Assembly (NCBI GenBank): GCA_019057865.1
Contig: JAHLWP010000010.1
Location: 1-64,000, forward strand
DNA length: 64,000 bases
Origin: Promethearchaeota archaeon
GTDB taxonomy: Archaea > Asgardarchaeota > Lokiarchaeia > Sigyniarchaeales > SOKP01
Direction: 5' to 3'
The stretch's first letter is position 1. Each line of letters starts with the position of its first letter. The notes under the pieces are model-generated. The model made no database searches, was not told where the DNA came from, and saw nothing but the letters and a program-made list of their open reading frames with translations. This document shows positions 1 through 9,144 of this stretch, piece by piece. Position numbers and translations under genes: made by a program.

Positions 1-50
1 GATTATTCGGAAACAATGAGAGAAATTTAAATTGACTTACATTTAAGTAA

Positions 51-149
51 TTATTCTTCTTCTTTTTCTTCTTCTTTTTCTTCTTCCTTTTCTTCCTCTT
101 TCTCTTCTTGCTTCACTTTCTTTTTCTTTTCTCTCTTTTTCTTAACCAT
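51..149 (-). CDS. Small Lys/Glu-rich low-complexity protein (32 aa, MVKKKREKKKKVKQEEKEEEKEEEKEEEKEEE)
   Basis: Manual translation: ATG at 149, TAA at 53-51, SD-like GAGGTG about 8 nt upstream; below the ORF-track cutoff. Confidence 0.5.
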   Translation of the reverse strand: MVKKKREKKKKVKQEEKEEEKEEEKEEEKEEE

Positions 150-235
150 TTTTTTACACCTCTATTTTTAATTGCTTTTTATACACTTTTTAGGAATACT
201 CTTTATTTTTGGTCATTTAATATTTAGAGAGAACA

Positions 236-344
236 AAATTTAAATCTTTACTTTGATGTCCAAAATGATCAATTTTAACTAATTTTTGTAGAAAAAGGAA
301 AAAAAAAGAGATTCAAAAGTAATTAAACCGACTAAATCTTTAAA
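236..344. repeat. 109-bp intergenic direct repeat, copy 1
   Basis: Ungapped match to 2139-2247 with about 11 mismatches by eye. Confidence 0.9.
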
Positions 345-410
345 TCTTCACATTCTGATTTTTTCATCAAAATTAGAATTTAGTCTACTTTAAATTTCAA
401 TTATTTCTTA

Positions 411-593
411 TCATTCTCTATAACAAATATCAATTGTTCCATCTTCCTGGAATATTATACTTATAATTTTTTTTTCTTCAGTTTGGAATTCTTTAAGGGG
501 TATCTGTTTACCCTTATATTCGATTTTAAAATCTTCTGACACATAATATATCTTATTTTTTTTCTTGTCAATTACTTCAATCTTTATATTAAT
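411..593 (-). CDS. Small hypothetical protein (60 aa, INIKIEVIDKKKNKIYYVSEDF...DICYRE), possible ATT start
   Basis: Open frame with protein-like composition, preceded by GAGGGGG; no in-frame ATG. Confidence 0.4.
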   Translation of the reverse strand: MNIKIEVIDKKKNKIYYVSEDFKIEYKGKQIPLKEFQTEEKKIISIIFQEDGTIDICYRE

Positions 594-792
594 TGCCCCC
601 CTCAGTTATTTAGATAATATTATTATCCGAATACAAAATTAAATTATGAAAGAGTAATTATACCTGTCTTTGAATTACCTTCTGGCAATTCAATAATAGA
701 CTACTATTATTTAAGTTTTTACTTTCTTTTCCAATTTGGTTCTAATTCCTCAAAATTAGTGTAATAAATTTTTATAAGATAAAAGGCATTTA

Positions 793-1461
793 TTATTCTT
801 TAGCTAATTTTCTCTCTTCAATTTCTCTTAATCTTTTATCTTTTTCAAGTTTGTCATTATAATATCTGATTGAATCAATCAATTTACTTGACTCTTCTTT
901 CCAACCAATACTTTCGAATCTTTTGACAACTTCTTTGTAAATTTCTATTAATTTTTCATAGGGACAATCAAGATAAAGGATTCTACCCTTTTTTATTTCT
1001 TTTTCGTATTCTTTTGCCATTCTTTCAGCGTTATCAATCATATTAAAGATTTCTTCAGATTCTTTAAGTTTTTCTTTCTTTTTCTCTTCAAAATCTAAAA
1101 TCCTCTCCTCTTTATTGAGAGAGAGGATTACTGTTCTGAGAGTATTGATCTCCTTAATTTTATATAATTCTTCAATTTCTTTCCATTTTTGCATTTTTTG
1201 AACTTTAATTTCGCGCAATTTTTTATCTTTCTCTAGTTTTTCTTGATAAAATTTAATTTGTTCATTGAAAATCATGGCTTGTTCATTCCAACTGTAATTA
1301 ATGAGCATTTGTATTATGCTTTCATAGGTTTGAATTATTTTTGGGTAAGGACACTTTATTTCAAATTTGTTTTTTTTAATGCCTAACTCATAATCTCTGG
1401 CGATTTTTTCCACATTATTTATCATTTCTGCGACTACTTGACTTTTGAATTTTTCACCCAT
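793..1461 (-). CDS. Helical hypothetical protein with two internal repeats of about 75 aa
   Basis: Repeated pattern MIxNxExxAxxYE...CPY...W...Y..KLEKDKxLREI occurs twice. Confidence 0.8.
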   Translation of the reverse strand: MGEKFKSQVVAEMINNVEKIARDYELGIKKNKFEIKCPYPKIIQTYESIIQMLINYSWNEQAMIFNEQIKFYQEKLEKDKKLREIKVQKMQKWKEIEELYKIKEINTLRTVILSLNKEERILDFEEKKKEKLKESEEIFNMIDNAERMAKEYEKEIKKGRILYLDCPYEKLIEIYKEVVKRFESIGWKEESSKLIDSIRYYNDKLEKDKRLREIEERKLAKE

Positions 1462-1475
1462 AATTTTTTTTTCCT

Positions 1476-2042
1476 TTAAATATTTTGTTTAGTTTTATTA
1501 AAATAATCTTCATGGTTAAGTATGGATCTCGTTAAAGATTCAAAGATTTTTTCAATATTTTGTCCAGTTTTAGAGGAACATTCAAAATAATTCATGAAAT
1601 TATATTTTTTTGAGATTTTCTTAGCATTTTTTCTAGATAATGCTCTTTCTTTATGGAGATCTAACTTTCCACCAACCATTAATAGAGGAATTTTCTTTCT
1701 ATCATTAGATAAACTTTCTTTAAATGTTATTATCCACTTTTCTACATTACTTATACTAGAATGGTTGGCGATATCATACATAAAAATACCTCCTGATGTA
1801 CCCCTTAGAAAAATGGGAAAAAAAAATTCAAACTGAAAATCAAATCTAAGAATCCATATTTGAAGTGCAATTTTAAAAGAATTTATTGTTAACTCTTTAA
1901 TCTCAATATCTATGAATGTTGGTGGTTTTGTTTCCTTATTGAATCTTTTTTGAATAAGCGCCTGAATTAGTGAAGTTTTTCCAACATTTTTTTCTCCAAA
2001 AAGACAAATTTTGAAGGTTAAGTCGTTGCTAATTTTTACCAT
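1476..2042 (-). CDS. Rab-like small GTPase with degenerate G3 motif
   Basis: G1 GEKNVGKT, G4-like GGKLD, G5 ECSSKTG; WILRFD replaces WDTAGQ. Confidence 0.85.
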   Translation of the reverse strand: MVKISNDLTFKICLFGEKNVGKTSLIQALIQKRFNKETKPPTFIDIEIKELTINSFKIALQIWILRFDFQFEFFFPIFLRGTSGGIFMYDIANHSSISNVEKWIITFKESLSNDRKKIPLLMVGGKLDLHKERALSRKNAKKISKKYNFMNYFECSSKTGQNIEKIFESLTRSILNHEDYFNKTKQNI

Positions 2043-2138
2043 CTTCTATTTTTAGAGTATTCTGTAGTTTGATTAAAATATTGTTTTTATAGAATCTTTT
2101 ATAAAATCCCTTATAGGTAGTTATATAATCAACTAACC

Positions 2139-2247
2139 AAATTTAAATCTTCATTTTGATGCCCAAAAGGATCAATTTTAACTAATTTTTGTAAAAAAAG
2201 GAAAAAAAAAGAGAATCAAAAGTTGTTAAAACGGCAAAATCTTTAAA
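2139..2247. repeat. 109-bp intergenic direct repeat, copy 2
   Basis: Matches 236-344. Confidence 0.9.
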
Positions 2248-2578
2248 AGTTTATTTTTACTTTCAATAAACCCTTTTTATCTTTCAGAAATACTATTACT
2301 TATTGTTGGTTCTCTACTTTAGTGAACTCTTAAATATCCAACAAGAAAACTAAACTTTCAAGATAGCTTAAGAAAATACGATAGAAAAAGCTATTTAAAT
2401 CTTTTTTTAGAAATAAAGATTTAGATGCTAATAAGAATAATCCAATTAATAACTTAAACAATTTTTACCACAAATTATTATCTAAAAAAGCATAAATAGG
2501 ATTAGTATTTTATTAATAATGCTATAAATTAATGAAAAAGCCAAAAATTTTCAATAAAATTGTATAGGTATAAAAAAT

Positions 2579-3118
2579 ATGTCAAAAGTAGAAATAAATG
2601 AGGAATATCCTACTAAATTAAGGAAAGATACCTTTATTCATTTTGCTGATAATTCTGCAATGGGAATTATAATAATTCAAAGAGGCCATTTAAAATATTA
2701 TAATCAGAAATTTTCAGAAATTTTTGGCTACAGTGAAGAAGAAATATCTAAATGGAAGAAAAGAGAATTCTATAAAATATTACATCCTGAAGATTTATCA
2801 CATTTGGTAGAATATTTTAAGGTTGAGGATGATAAAAAAACAGTGTCATTACAATTCAGAGGAATTAGGAAGGATAAGAAAATCATCACTGTAGAGAATT
2901 ATATTTGTCAAATCGAGTATAATAATAAAACAGCATATTTATCAAGTTATATTCCTTTAGAAAAAGTTTATGAAAAAGATTATACTCCACAAACAGCAAA
3001 AATAACCACAAAAAAGAAAATTATATTGGATTTTCATCCGAATATTATTAAACTTCTAAAAGATAATAAAGTAAAGTTTGATATTTATAATATTTGCTCT
3101 TATCGGGAAGAAGATTAA
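2579..3118 (+). CDS. PAS domain protein
   Basis: PAS signature: GIIIIQ..YYNQKFSEIFGYSEEEI...ILHPED...FRGIRKD. Confidence 0.85.
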   Translation: MSKVEINEEYPTKLRKDTFIHFADNSAMGIIIIQRGHLKYYNQKFSEIFGYSEEEISKWKKREFYKILHPEDLSHLVEYFKVEDDKKTVSLQFRGIRKDKKIITVENYICQIEYNNKTAYLSSYIPLEKVYEKDYTPQTAKITTKKKIILDFHPNIIKLLKDNKVKFDIYNICSYREED

Positions 3119-3291
3119 TTTTCTTTTTCTTGTTTATCCTCAGGAATCTCTTCAAAATGTACGTTATATTTCTTTTTGGGATCAAGAACTTTATGCTTAA
3201 TTAAAGCTCTTGGGATATAAACTATTGTATCTGGTCCCATTGAAGCCAATTTTACATTTTCTAAGGTAAAGATCTTCTTCTCTTTAGACAT
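3115..3291 (-). CDS. Small AbrB/MazE-like (swapped-hairpin) DNA-binding protein, 58 aa
   Basis: Manual translation MSKEKKIFTLENVKLASMGPDTIVYIPRALIKHKVLDPKKKYNVHFEEIPEDKQEKEN; K..mG....v.IP pattern. Confidence 0.6.
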   Translation of the reverse strand: MSKEKKIFTLENVKLASMGPDTIVYIPRALIKHKVLDPKKKYNVHFEEIPEDKQEKEN

Positions 3292-3599
3292 ATTTTAAAC
3301 CAATTAGGATCATTTTAAATATTTTATATTATATTTTATAGAATTTTAAATGTTTTTTTCAAGAGATAATTTAAGGTAGAGTTTTATAGAAATCCATATG
3401 AAAAAGGTGAAATTACTTAATAAATTTTAATTTTGAATGAATCTACTCAAGAATTTTCATTTTTTAGTGGAATCAGTTCTAAAAATCTTTTTTTTACTTC
3501 AACCATACTTCATACTTCAACCTAACTTCATTACTTTACATTATATTAAGGATAAAAACTTATTTTATAGTAACAAAAATAAGTTGTTTTGTATTAACT

Positions 3600-6092
3600 A
3601 TGAGTATTTTAAATTATCCACCTGATGAAATTATTAATCCTCCACTTTTAGAGAAGAAAAATTTTGAGCATATAATTCTCTGGATGTTGAACAATAACGA
3701 GGAATGTGAGTGGGCAGATTTTACAGCTGATCCAGTAAATATTAGTCTTTCTACATTATCAAATTATCTAAAAAGGTTAGAGAATAGTGGATATCTAGAG
3801 AGGATAAAAAGGGGTTCTTATTGTATCACACCTAGAGGTGAGGAGAGGTATAATGAGTTATCTAGAGCTAAGGACAAGAGAACTAAGTTAAGTTATCCTC
3901 CTAAAGCGATTACAGAAAGAAGGAATTATGATCACTGGATTCTTTGGATGGTTTACAATAACAATTCTTGCAAGTGGTCGGATTTCTTAGCAGAGCCCCT
4001 TTCTATAAACCAATCCTCTTTGTCAAAAAATTTGAATTTATTGATGGAGAGTGGATTAGTAAGGAAAGAGAATAAAGAGTATAAAATTACACAAGAAGGG
4101 AAATCAGAATATTCTAATATGCTAAGGTTTTATGATTTAGATAGACAATCAATTCTAAAGGAAGAAACCAAAAGGATTGAAGAGGTTACCAAGAAGACTA
4201 TTAGATTTTTTGAGAAATTTGATATTGAGAATGATTATGTGAAGTTTCGATTTCTAAACAATGTTTTAAAATTAGATTATAGTCGAGTTAAAGATTTATT
4301 AACAGAAGAAGAATTTGATAAAATATTGTTATATCTTTCTCTTAATCATCCAAATCAATATCCTCATTATATTTCATCTAAAGAGTTTTCTGATAAGTAT
4401 AACATTAAACAATCAACCCTTAACTTTTTCGTAGATAAAATCGTTGAAGAGGATTTTTACCCGGTAAAATTCTTCAAATTGGAAGATGAGGGTGATGAGG
4501 TTTATTATTTTCAAGGTAATGAGAAATTAGAAAAAGTTCTTCGTGCGATAACAGAAGATCACATTACCAAGTTTACATATTTAAACAAATTATACAATAA
4601 GTTCATAAATGGGACTCCATCATTAGATATGGATTCTACCGTAGAGGCAATATTAGAAGAAATTTGTGATAGTCTCTTTAATAAAGGGATGAAAGAGCCC
4701 TTAAGGAACTTCTTACCAACTTACATAAATTATTTGGCATATAAGATAGAAACTGAAAGAGAATTATTAGATACTTTTGACAAATTAGAAGGAGTTGCAT
4801 GGAGATATATTCCTGAACTTATATCTTATAGCTCTAAAGAAACTTCATTTGAGCCACCTGAATACAAGTATCATATAGACCCAAATATATTAAAGGTTTT
4901 AAACCTCTTTTCTTCACCTAAAATTAAAGAAATTTATGAGGGTGCTAAAGCCTTAATGAAAAAAAAGAATCACGATGATGCTTTAGAAAAAATAAATAGT
5001 TCTATTAAGCAGGATCCAGAAAACTTAGATTTGTATTTTTTAAAAGCGATTATTCTAAGTTTATTAAACCGACATCAAGAAGCGATAAATTTTTTAAAAG
5101 AAGAGGTGAAAATGAATATTGAAGACCAAGATGAGCATTCTTTTATTTCTTATCATTTTGTTTTGATTTTCTGTTATTTAACATTTGGGAAGTTTGATAA
5201 AGCGCAAAAATTTAGTGATAGCATAGAAAAAGTATTTCCTGAACATCCAGCGTCCTATATAACAAAAGCATTAGTATTAGGTTATAAAGTTATTTATGAA
5301 TTAGATCTTGAAGAATCCAAAAGTGGCGATGTCTTATTTGAAATTGAAAAAGCTATTGATTTAGACCCTAAACAATCAAATAAAGCCAAGTATAATCAAT
5401 TTAAATGTCTAGTTTTAAAACAGTTAAAAAAATTTGATGAAGCGCTTGAAGCAATTAATAAAGCTATTGATCTAGATTCTGGGGATGTTAAATTTTATTT
5501 CCTTAAATATAAGATTTTACATTATAATGAAAAAATTGACGAAGCTTTAGAATTTTTAGAAACCGCAATTAAAAATTTTCCAGAACAGGAAATAGAACTT
5601 TTAGCAAGTAAAGCATATCTTTATAAAAAATCGAAGAATTATGATGAAGCATTAAGAATTATTGATGATTTAAGAGAAAAATATCCTGATGATCTTGACA
5701 TTCTTAATAAAAAACTCTATTTCCATTTATATAAGGGTGATAAAAAAGAAGCAATAGAAGCAGGCAAGTTATTAACAGAATTAGACCCTAGCGATGGTAA
5801 TTATCATGATTCATACGCAGAAATTTTAACAGAGTTTGGGGAATATGAGCTTGCAATTAAAGAAATTACACTGGCACTAGAACTTGAACCATATGGTTGG
5901 TTTTCTTATAATACATATATCAATTTAGCTAAATGCTACAAAGCAATTGGTGAATATGATTTAGCAATAGAAAGTATCGAAAAAGGTAAAATCGCTAGCC
6001 ACACATGTTACTGTGATATTGAAATGAGAAAACATATCGAAAAAGAAGCAGAGAAAATGTATGCTGAGATTAATGAATTGAAGACTAAATAG
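3600..6092 (+). CDS. Tandem winged-HTH plus TPR-repeat protein
   Basis: Two N-terminal wHTH-like repeats (ILWM..NN..C.W.DF...P..I..S.LS..L..L...G...Y.IT..G), followed by TPR helices. Confidence 0.85.
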   Translation: MSILNYPPDEIINPPLLEKKNFEHIILWMLNNNEECEWADFTADPVNISLSTLSNYLKRLENSGYLERIKRGSYCITPRGEERYNELSRAKDKRTKLSYPPKAITERRNYDHWILWMVYNNNSCKWSDFLAEPLSINQSSLSKNLNLLMESGLVRKENKEYKITQEGKSEYSNMLRFYDLDRQSILKEETKRIEEVTKKTIRFFEKFDIENDYVKFRFLNNVLKLDYSRVKDLLTEEEFDKILLYLSLNHPNQYPHYISSKEFSDKYNIKQSTLNFFVDKIVEEDFYPVKFFKLEDEGDEVYYFQGNEKLEKVLRAITEDHITKFTYLNKLYNKFINGTPSLDMDSTVEAILEEICDSLFNKGMKEPLRNFLPTYINYLAYKIETERELLDTFDKLEGVAWRYIPELISYSSKETSFEPPEYKYHIDPNILKVLNLFSSPKIKEIYEGAKALMKKKNHDDALEKINSSIKQDPENLDLYFLKAIILSLLNRHQEAINFLKEEVKMNIEDQDEHSFISYHFVLIFCYLTFGKFDKAQKFSDSIEKVFPEHPASYITKALVLGYKVIYELDLEESKSGDVLFEIEKAIDLDPKQSNKAKYNQFKCLVLKQLKKFDEALEAINKAIDLDSGDVKFYFLKYKILHYNEKIDEALEFLETAIKNFPEQEIELLASKAYLYKKSKNYDEALRIIDDLREKYPDDLDILNKKLYFHLYKGDKKEAIEAGKLLTELDPSDGNYHDSYAEILTEFGEYELAIKEITLALELEPYGWFSYNTYINLAKCYKAIGEYDLAIESIEKGKIASHTCYCDIEMRKHIEKEAEKMYAEINELKTK

Positions 6093-6216
6093 GATGACAA
6101 AGAAATTTGGTAATCTATGATACGTTATAAGGATGTCGAATAAGTGAAAATTTACAATCCAAACTTTATTTATAAAATTTTGTTTTAATAAAATGATATT
6201 AAGGATTAGAAAATAA

Positions 6217-6786
6217 TTGAAAACTATTTTATGTTTTATTTATGATGGTTTTGCAGATTTTGAAACAGTTCTTGTCTGTTCATACATAAATGAAGTTGAA
6301 GATTATAGAGTAATTTATATTGCCTATGATAAATCACCAGTTAGAAGTGCTGGAGGTTTGACAATTATACCGGATAAAACTGTTTCTGAAATCTCTCTCA
6401 CAAAGGATATTGATGGGATTTTAATTCCTGGAGGAGGTTTAAGGATATTAAAACCTGAACTTGAAGAATTAGTTAAGAAATTAAATAATGAAAAAAAATT
6501 AATAGCAGCAATTTGCGCTGGACCTGAATTTTTAGCAAAAATGGGTATTTTAAAAGGAATAAAATACACTACTTCAAAAGAATCTAAACAATATGAAGAA
6601 AATAATGAAGTAGATCCTTTTCCAAGGGATACCTATGTTGATGCTAGGTTGATTCAAGACGGAAATATCATTACAGCCAAAGGTTATGCTTTTACAGATT
6701 TTGCACTTCAAATATGGGATTGGTTTAATTTATACGAGTATGATGCTGAGAAAGAAGAATATAAAAAACAATTTACTCCTACATAA
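6217..6786 (+). CDS. DJ-1/PfpI family protein
   Basis: DGFADFE, LIPGG, AAICAGP (catalytic Cys), DGNIITAKG; TTG start. Confidence 0.9.
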   Translation: MKTILCFIYDGFADFETVLVCSYINEVEDYRVIYIAYDKSPVRSAGGLTIIPDKTVSEISLTKDIDGILIPGGGLRILKPELEELVKKLNNEKKLIAAICAGPEFLAKMGILKGIKYTTSKESKQYEENNEVDPFPRDTYVDARLIQDGNIITAKGYAFTDFALQIWDWFNLYEYDAEKEEYKKQFTPT

Positions 6787-6847
6787 TTTAAAGTTTCTAT
6801 AAGCTAAATATTTGAAATAATGTTTAGATTATATACAAATCAAATGC

Positions 6848-7138
6848 TTAACATTTACTTCCATTATTTTTAAGAAAACGAGAACATGTATCATCTAATT
6901 TTTTAATAATATGATCACGGTCTTTCCAAGAAATCCAAGTATTCCCGGATTTTTCAAAATGAAATCCATCATATTCTTCTTTTATCTTTGTTAAAGTTTT
7001 TTTAACAAAACTCCATGAAAAACCAGTATCTTCCACTATTTTTGCAATAGCAATTGGATAATTTACTTCAAGACTGTTATTAAAATAGTCAATTATTTTT
7101 TCCAATCCAGTTTTAGGAGAAGAATTTGCTAGAGTCAT
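6848..7138 (-). CDS. Small winged-HTH protein
   Basis: IAKIVEDTGFSWSFVKKTL HTH plus wing; probable ATG at 7138. Confidence 0.65.
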   Translation of the reverse strand: MTLANSSPKTGLEKIIDYFNNSLEVNYPIAIAKIVEDTGFSWSFVKKTLTKIKEEYDGFHFEKSGNTWISWKDRDHIIKKLDDTCSRFLKNNGSKC

Positions 7139-7210
7139 CTTAAGTAAGTATATATAAGAATTCAAACAATTAAATCATTCTTATTATGAAAGAAAGGAAA
7201 TTATAAAAAA

Positions 7211-8218
7211 CTATTTTGGAGTTTCACCTTCTTTATGAGCAAATATAGAATAGATTCCGAATAATAGAGTAAATAATATAAATATAATAAGCAAAAATAT
7301 TTGTAATTGGATAATGTCAACAATACTTATTATTACACCTTTTACTCCCGGTAGCTTAATAATTTGAGTAAATAATTTCATTAAAATTATAAAAATAGAA
7401 ATTGTGTCTGCTCTGATGATTTTAAATTTATTCTCAAGGTATTCAACTTTATCAAATATTGAACCTATTATGTAGAGAAAAAGCCCCAAATCAATCAAAA
7501 AGAAATACCAAGTAGTAGTTGCTGCATCTGAAAATATAAATTCAGCTATAATATCCATAATAATGTAGAAAACATAGAAAAAAGTTAATAAAAAAAATAA
7601 AGTAATATATGCTGAAAATTTTTTTGTAAAAATTAATCGTAATAACACAAAACTCATCAAAATTAAATTAACCCAATACATCCTGCGAAAAATGATTGCA
7701 CTTAATATTACAACTTTCAAGTTGAAATTAATTAAAATATTCCAGATTATTATTAAGGCTATTAAATTTAAAATACCAAAAATTAAAAACTCTAAAGAAC
7801 GTGTGATTTTGCTGAATTTTTTATCTCTATATAAATAATCATCAACTTTAGTTGAGGAATCCATACATAATTTAAATGCAAAAAATGCTGTTAATAACTG
7901 GTTTGCTATTAAACAAAATCTATAAAATAAATTGAGTACCCCATTAAATATTACCAAACTCGGTAAAGAAAGTATAAAAATTACTATAACTATAATGTAA
8001 TTTAATTCATCAATTGGTTTGAAGAATGAAATTAATAACAAGAAAAAGAGGAAACCTCCAAGAATTCCAATAAATATGTAAACAAAACGATTATATCCTA
8101 CATATGGAATAAATAAATATCCAAATAAAATTAAAAACCAAGATATAATGAAAGCAATTATTATAATAATGTAAATTGGCTTTCTAAATAAATTCTTTAA
8201 CCCAGTTAAAAATGACAT
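7211..8218 (-). CDS. Polytopic membrane protein of unknown function
   Basis: About 10 hydrophobic segments. Confidence 0.8.
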   Translation of the reverse strand: MSFLTGLKNLFRKPIYIIIIIAFIISWFLILFGYLFIPYVGYNRFVYIFIGILGGFLFFLLLISFFKPIDELNYIIVIVIFILSLPSLVIFNGVLNLFYRFCLIANQLLTAFFAFKLCMDSSTKVDDYLYRDKKFSKITRSLEFLIFGILNLIALIIIWNILINFNLKVVILSAIIFRRMYWVNLILMSFVLLRLIFTKKFSAYITLFFLLTFFYVFYIIMDIIAEFIFSDAATTTWYFFLIDLGLFLYIIGSIFDKVEYLENKFKIIRADTISIFIILMKLFTQIIKLPGVKGVIISIVDIIQLQIFLLIIFILFTLLFGIYSIFAHKEGETPK

Positions 8219-8286
8219 GTAATAATTTTCCTTTTATTTTTTTTTATATTTCATATTAAATTCAATATAAGGTTTGTGTAATGTAA

Positions 8287-8424
8287 TTATTAATAGGTTA
8301 TATTGAAATCATACCTAAGACTATGAAACAATTAGATAATTTAGAGACTTTTGATATAAGTGAAATTGATATTCAAAAAATCCCAGAATTCTTAAAGGAG
8401 AACAATATTGATTTATGGATATAA
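8287..8424 (+). pseudogene. Probable C-terminal remnant of a leucine-rich-repeat gene
   Basis: Translation LLIGYIEIIPKTMKQLDNLETFDISEIDIQKIPEFLKENNIDLWI fits the LRR consensus IP..i.qL.nLe.Ldls...I..iPe.l. Confidence 0.45.
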
Positions 8425-8445
8425 GAGATAGCTTTTTTTGGAATT

Positions 8446-9048
8446 TTATTTAAGGAATTTAATTAAAGTGCCATCATATCCTATTTTAATACCGTGTATT
8501 TCAAAATATGATTTTACAGAAGGTTTTATCATTGGTAAATTATCGGATTCATCTTGTTTTATTAATTCATTGTTAAGTAATTCAGAAAGATATTTTCTTC
8601 CAACTTCCATCTCATTTACTTGTTTTTCTTTCATTAAATATGATATTTTACCTACAGCTTTTTCGGATAAAATCTGCAAAGTTAGTATAGGAAAAATTTT
8701 TTCACATGTTGTCTTACATTCTAAAAATACAAGACCTAGTTTAACATCTATAGTTGTAGAAACAGCAAGAACTGCCCTTGGACCTGCTTGTAAATATATT
8801 AAGTAACCATCCTTCCCTTTAACATACAATTCTTCAAAATCTCCTTTTTCCATTTCAGCAACGGTCATTTCTGCTAATGATAGAAGAGCAGAAGTCATAG
8901 CGGATATTTTTACATCATCTATTTCTGGGGGGAGTATTGAAGCAATGGGCATACCCTCATTTGTTATTATTGCTACAGCTTGTATTTCTGGAATTGAGTA
9001 CTTTAATTTTTTCAAATGCTCCTCAAAATCAAATAAATTAGAATCCAT
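8446..9048 (-). CDS. Roadblock/LC7 domain protein with C-terminal extension
   Basis: AVAIITNEGMPIAS...ISAMTSALLSLAE...YVKGKDG..AG..AVLAV. Confidence 0.85.
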   Translation of the reverse strand: MDSNLFDFEEHLKKLKYSIPEIQAVAIITNEGMPIASILPPEIDDVKISAMTSALLSLAEMTVAEMEKGDFEELYVKGKDGYLIYLQAGPRAVLAVSTTIDVKLGLVFLECKTTCEKIFPILTLQILSEKAVGKISYLMKEKQVNEMEVGRKYLSELLNNELIKQDESDNLPMIKPSVKSYFEIHGIKIGYDGTLIKFLK

Positions 9049-9144
9049 AGAAATACAGGAAAAATGATAATTTTATAGAGTAAATGCTTTAATAATAGTT
9101 AAAATATTTATTTAATTTTTAAGGTTTAGGTTAGTTATTTAACT

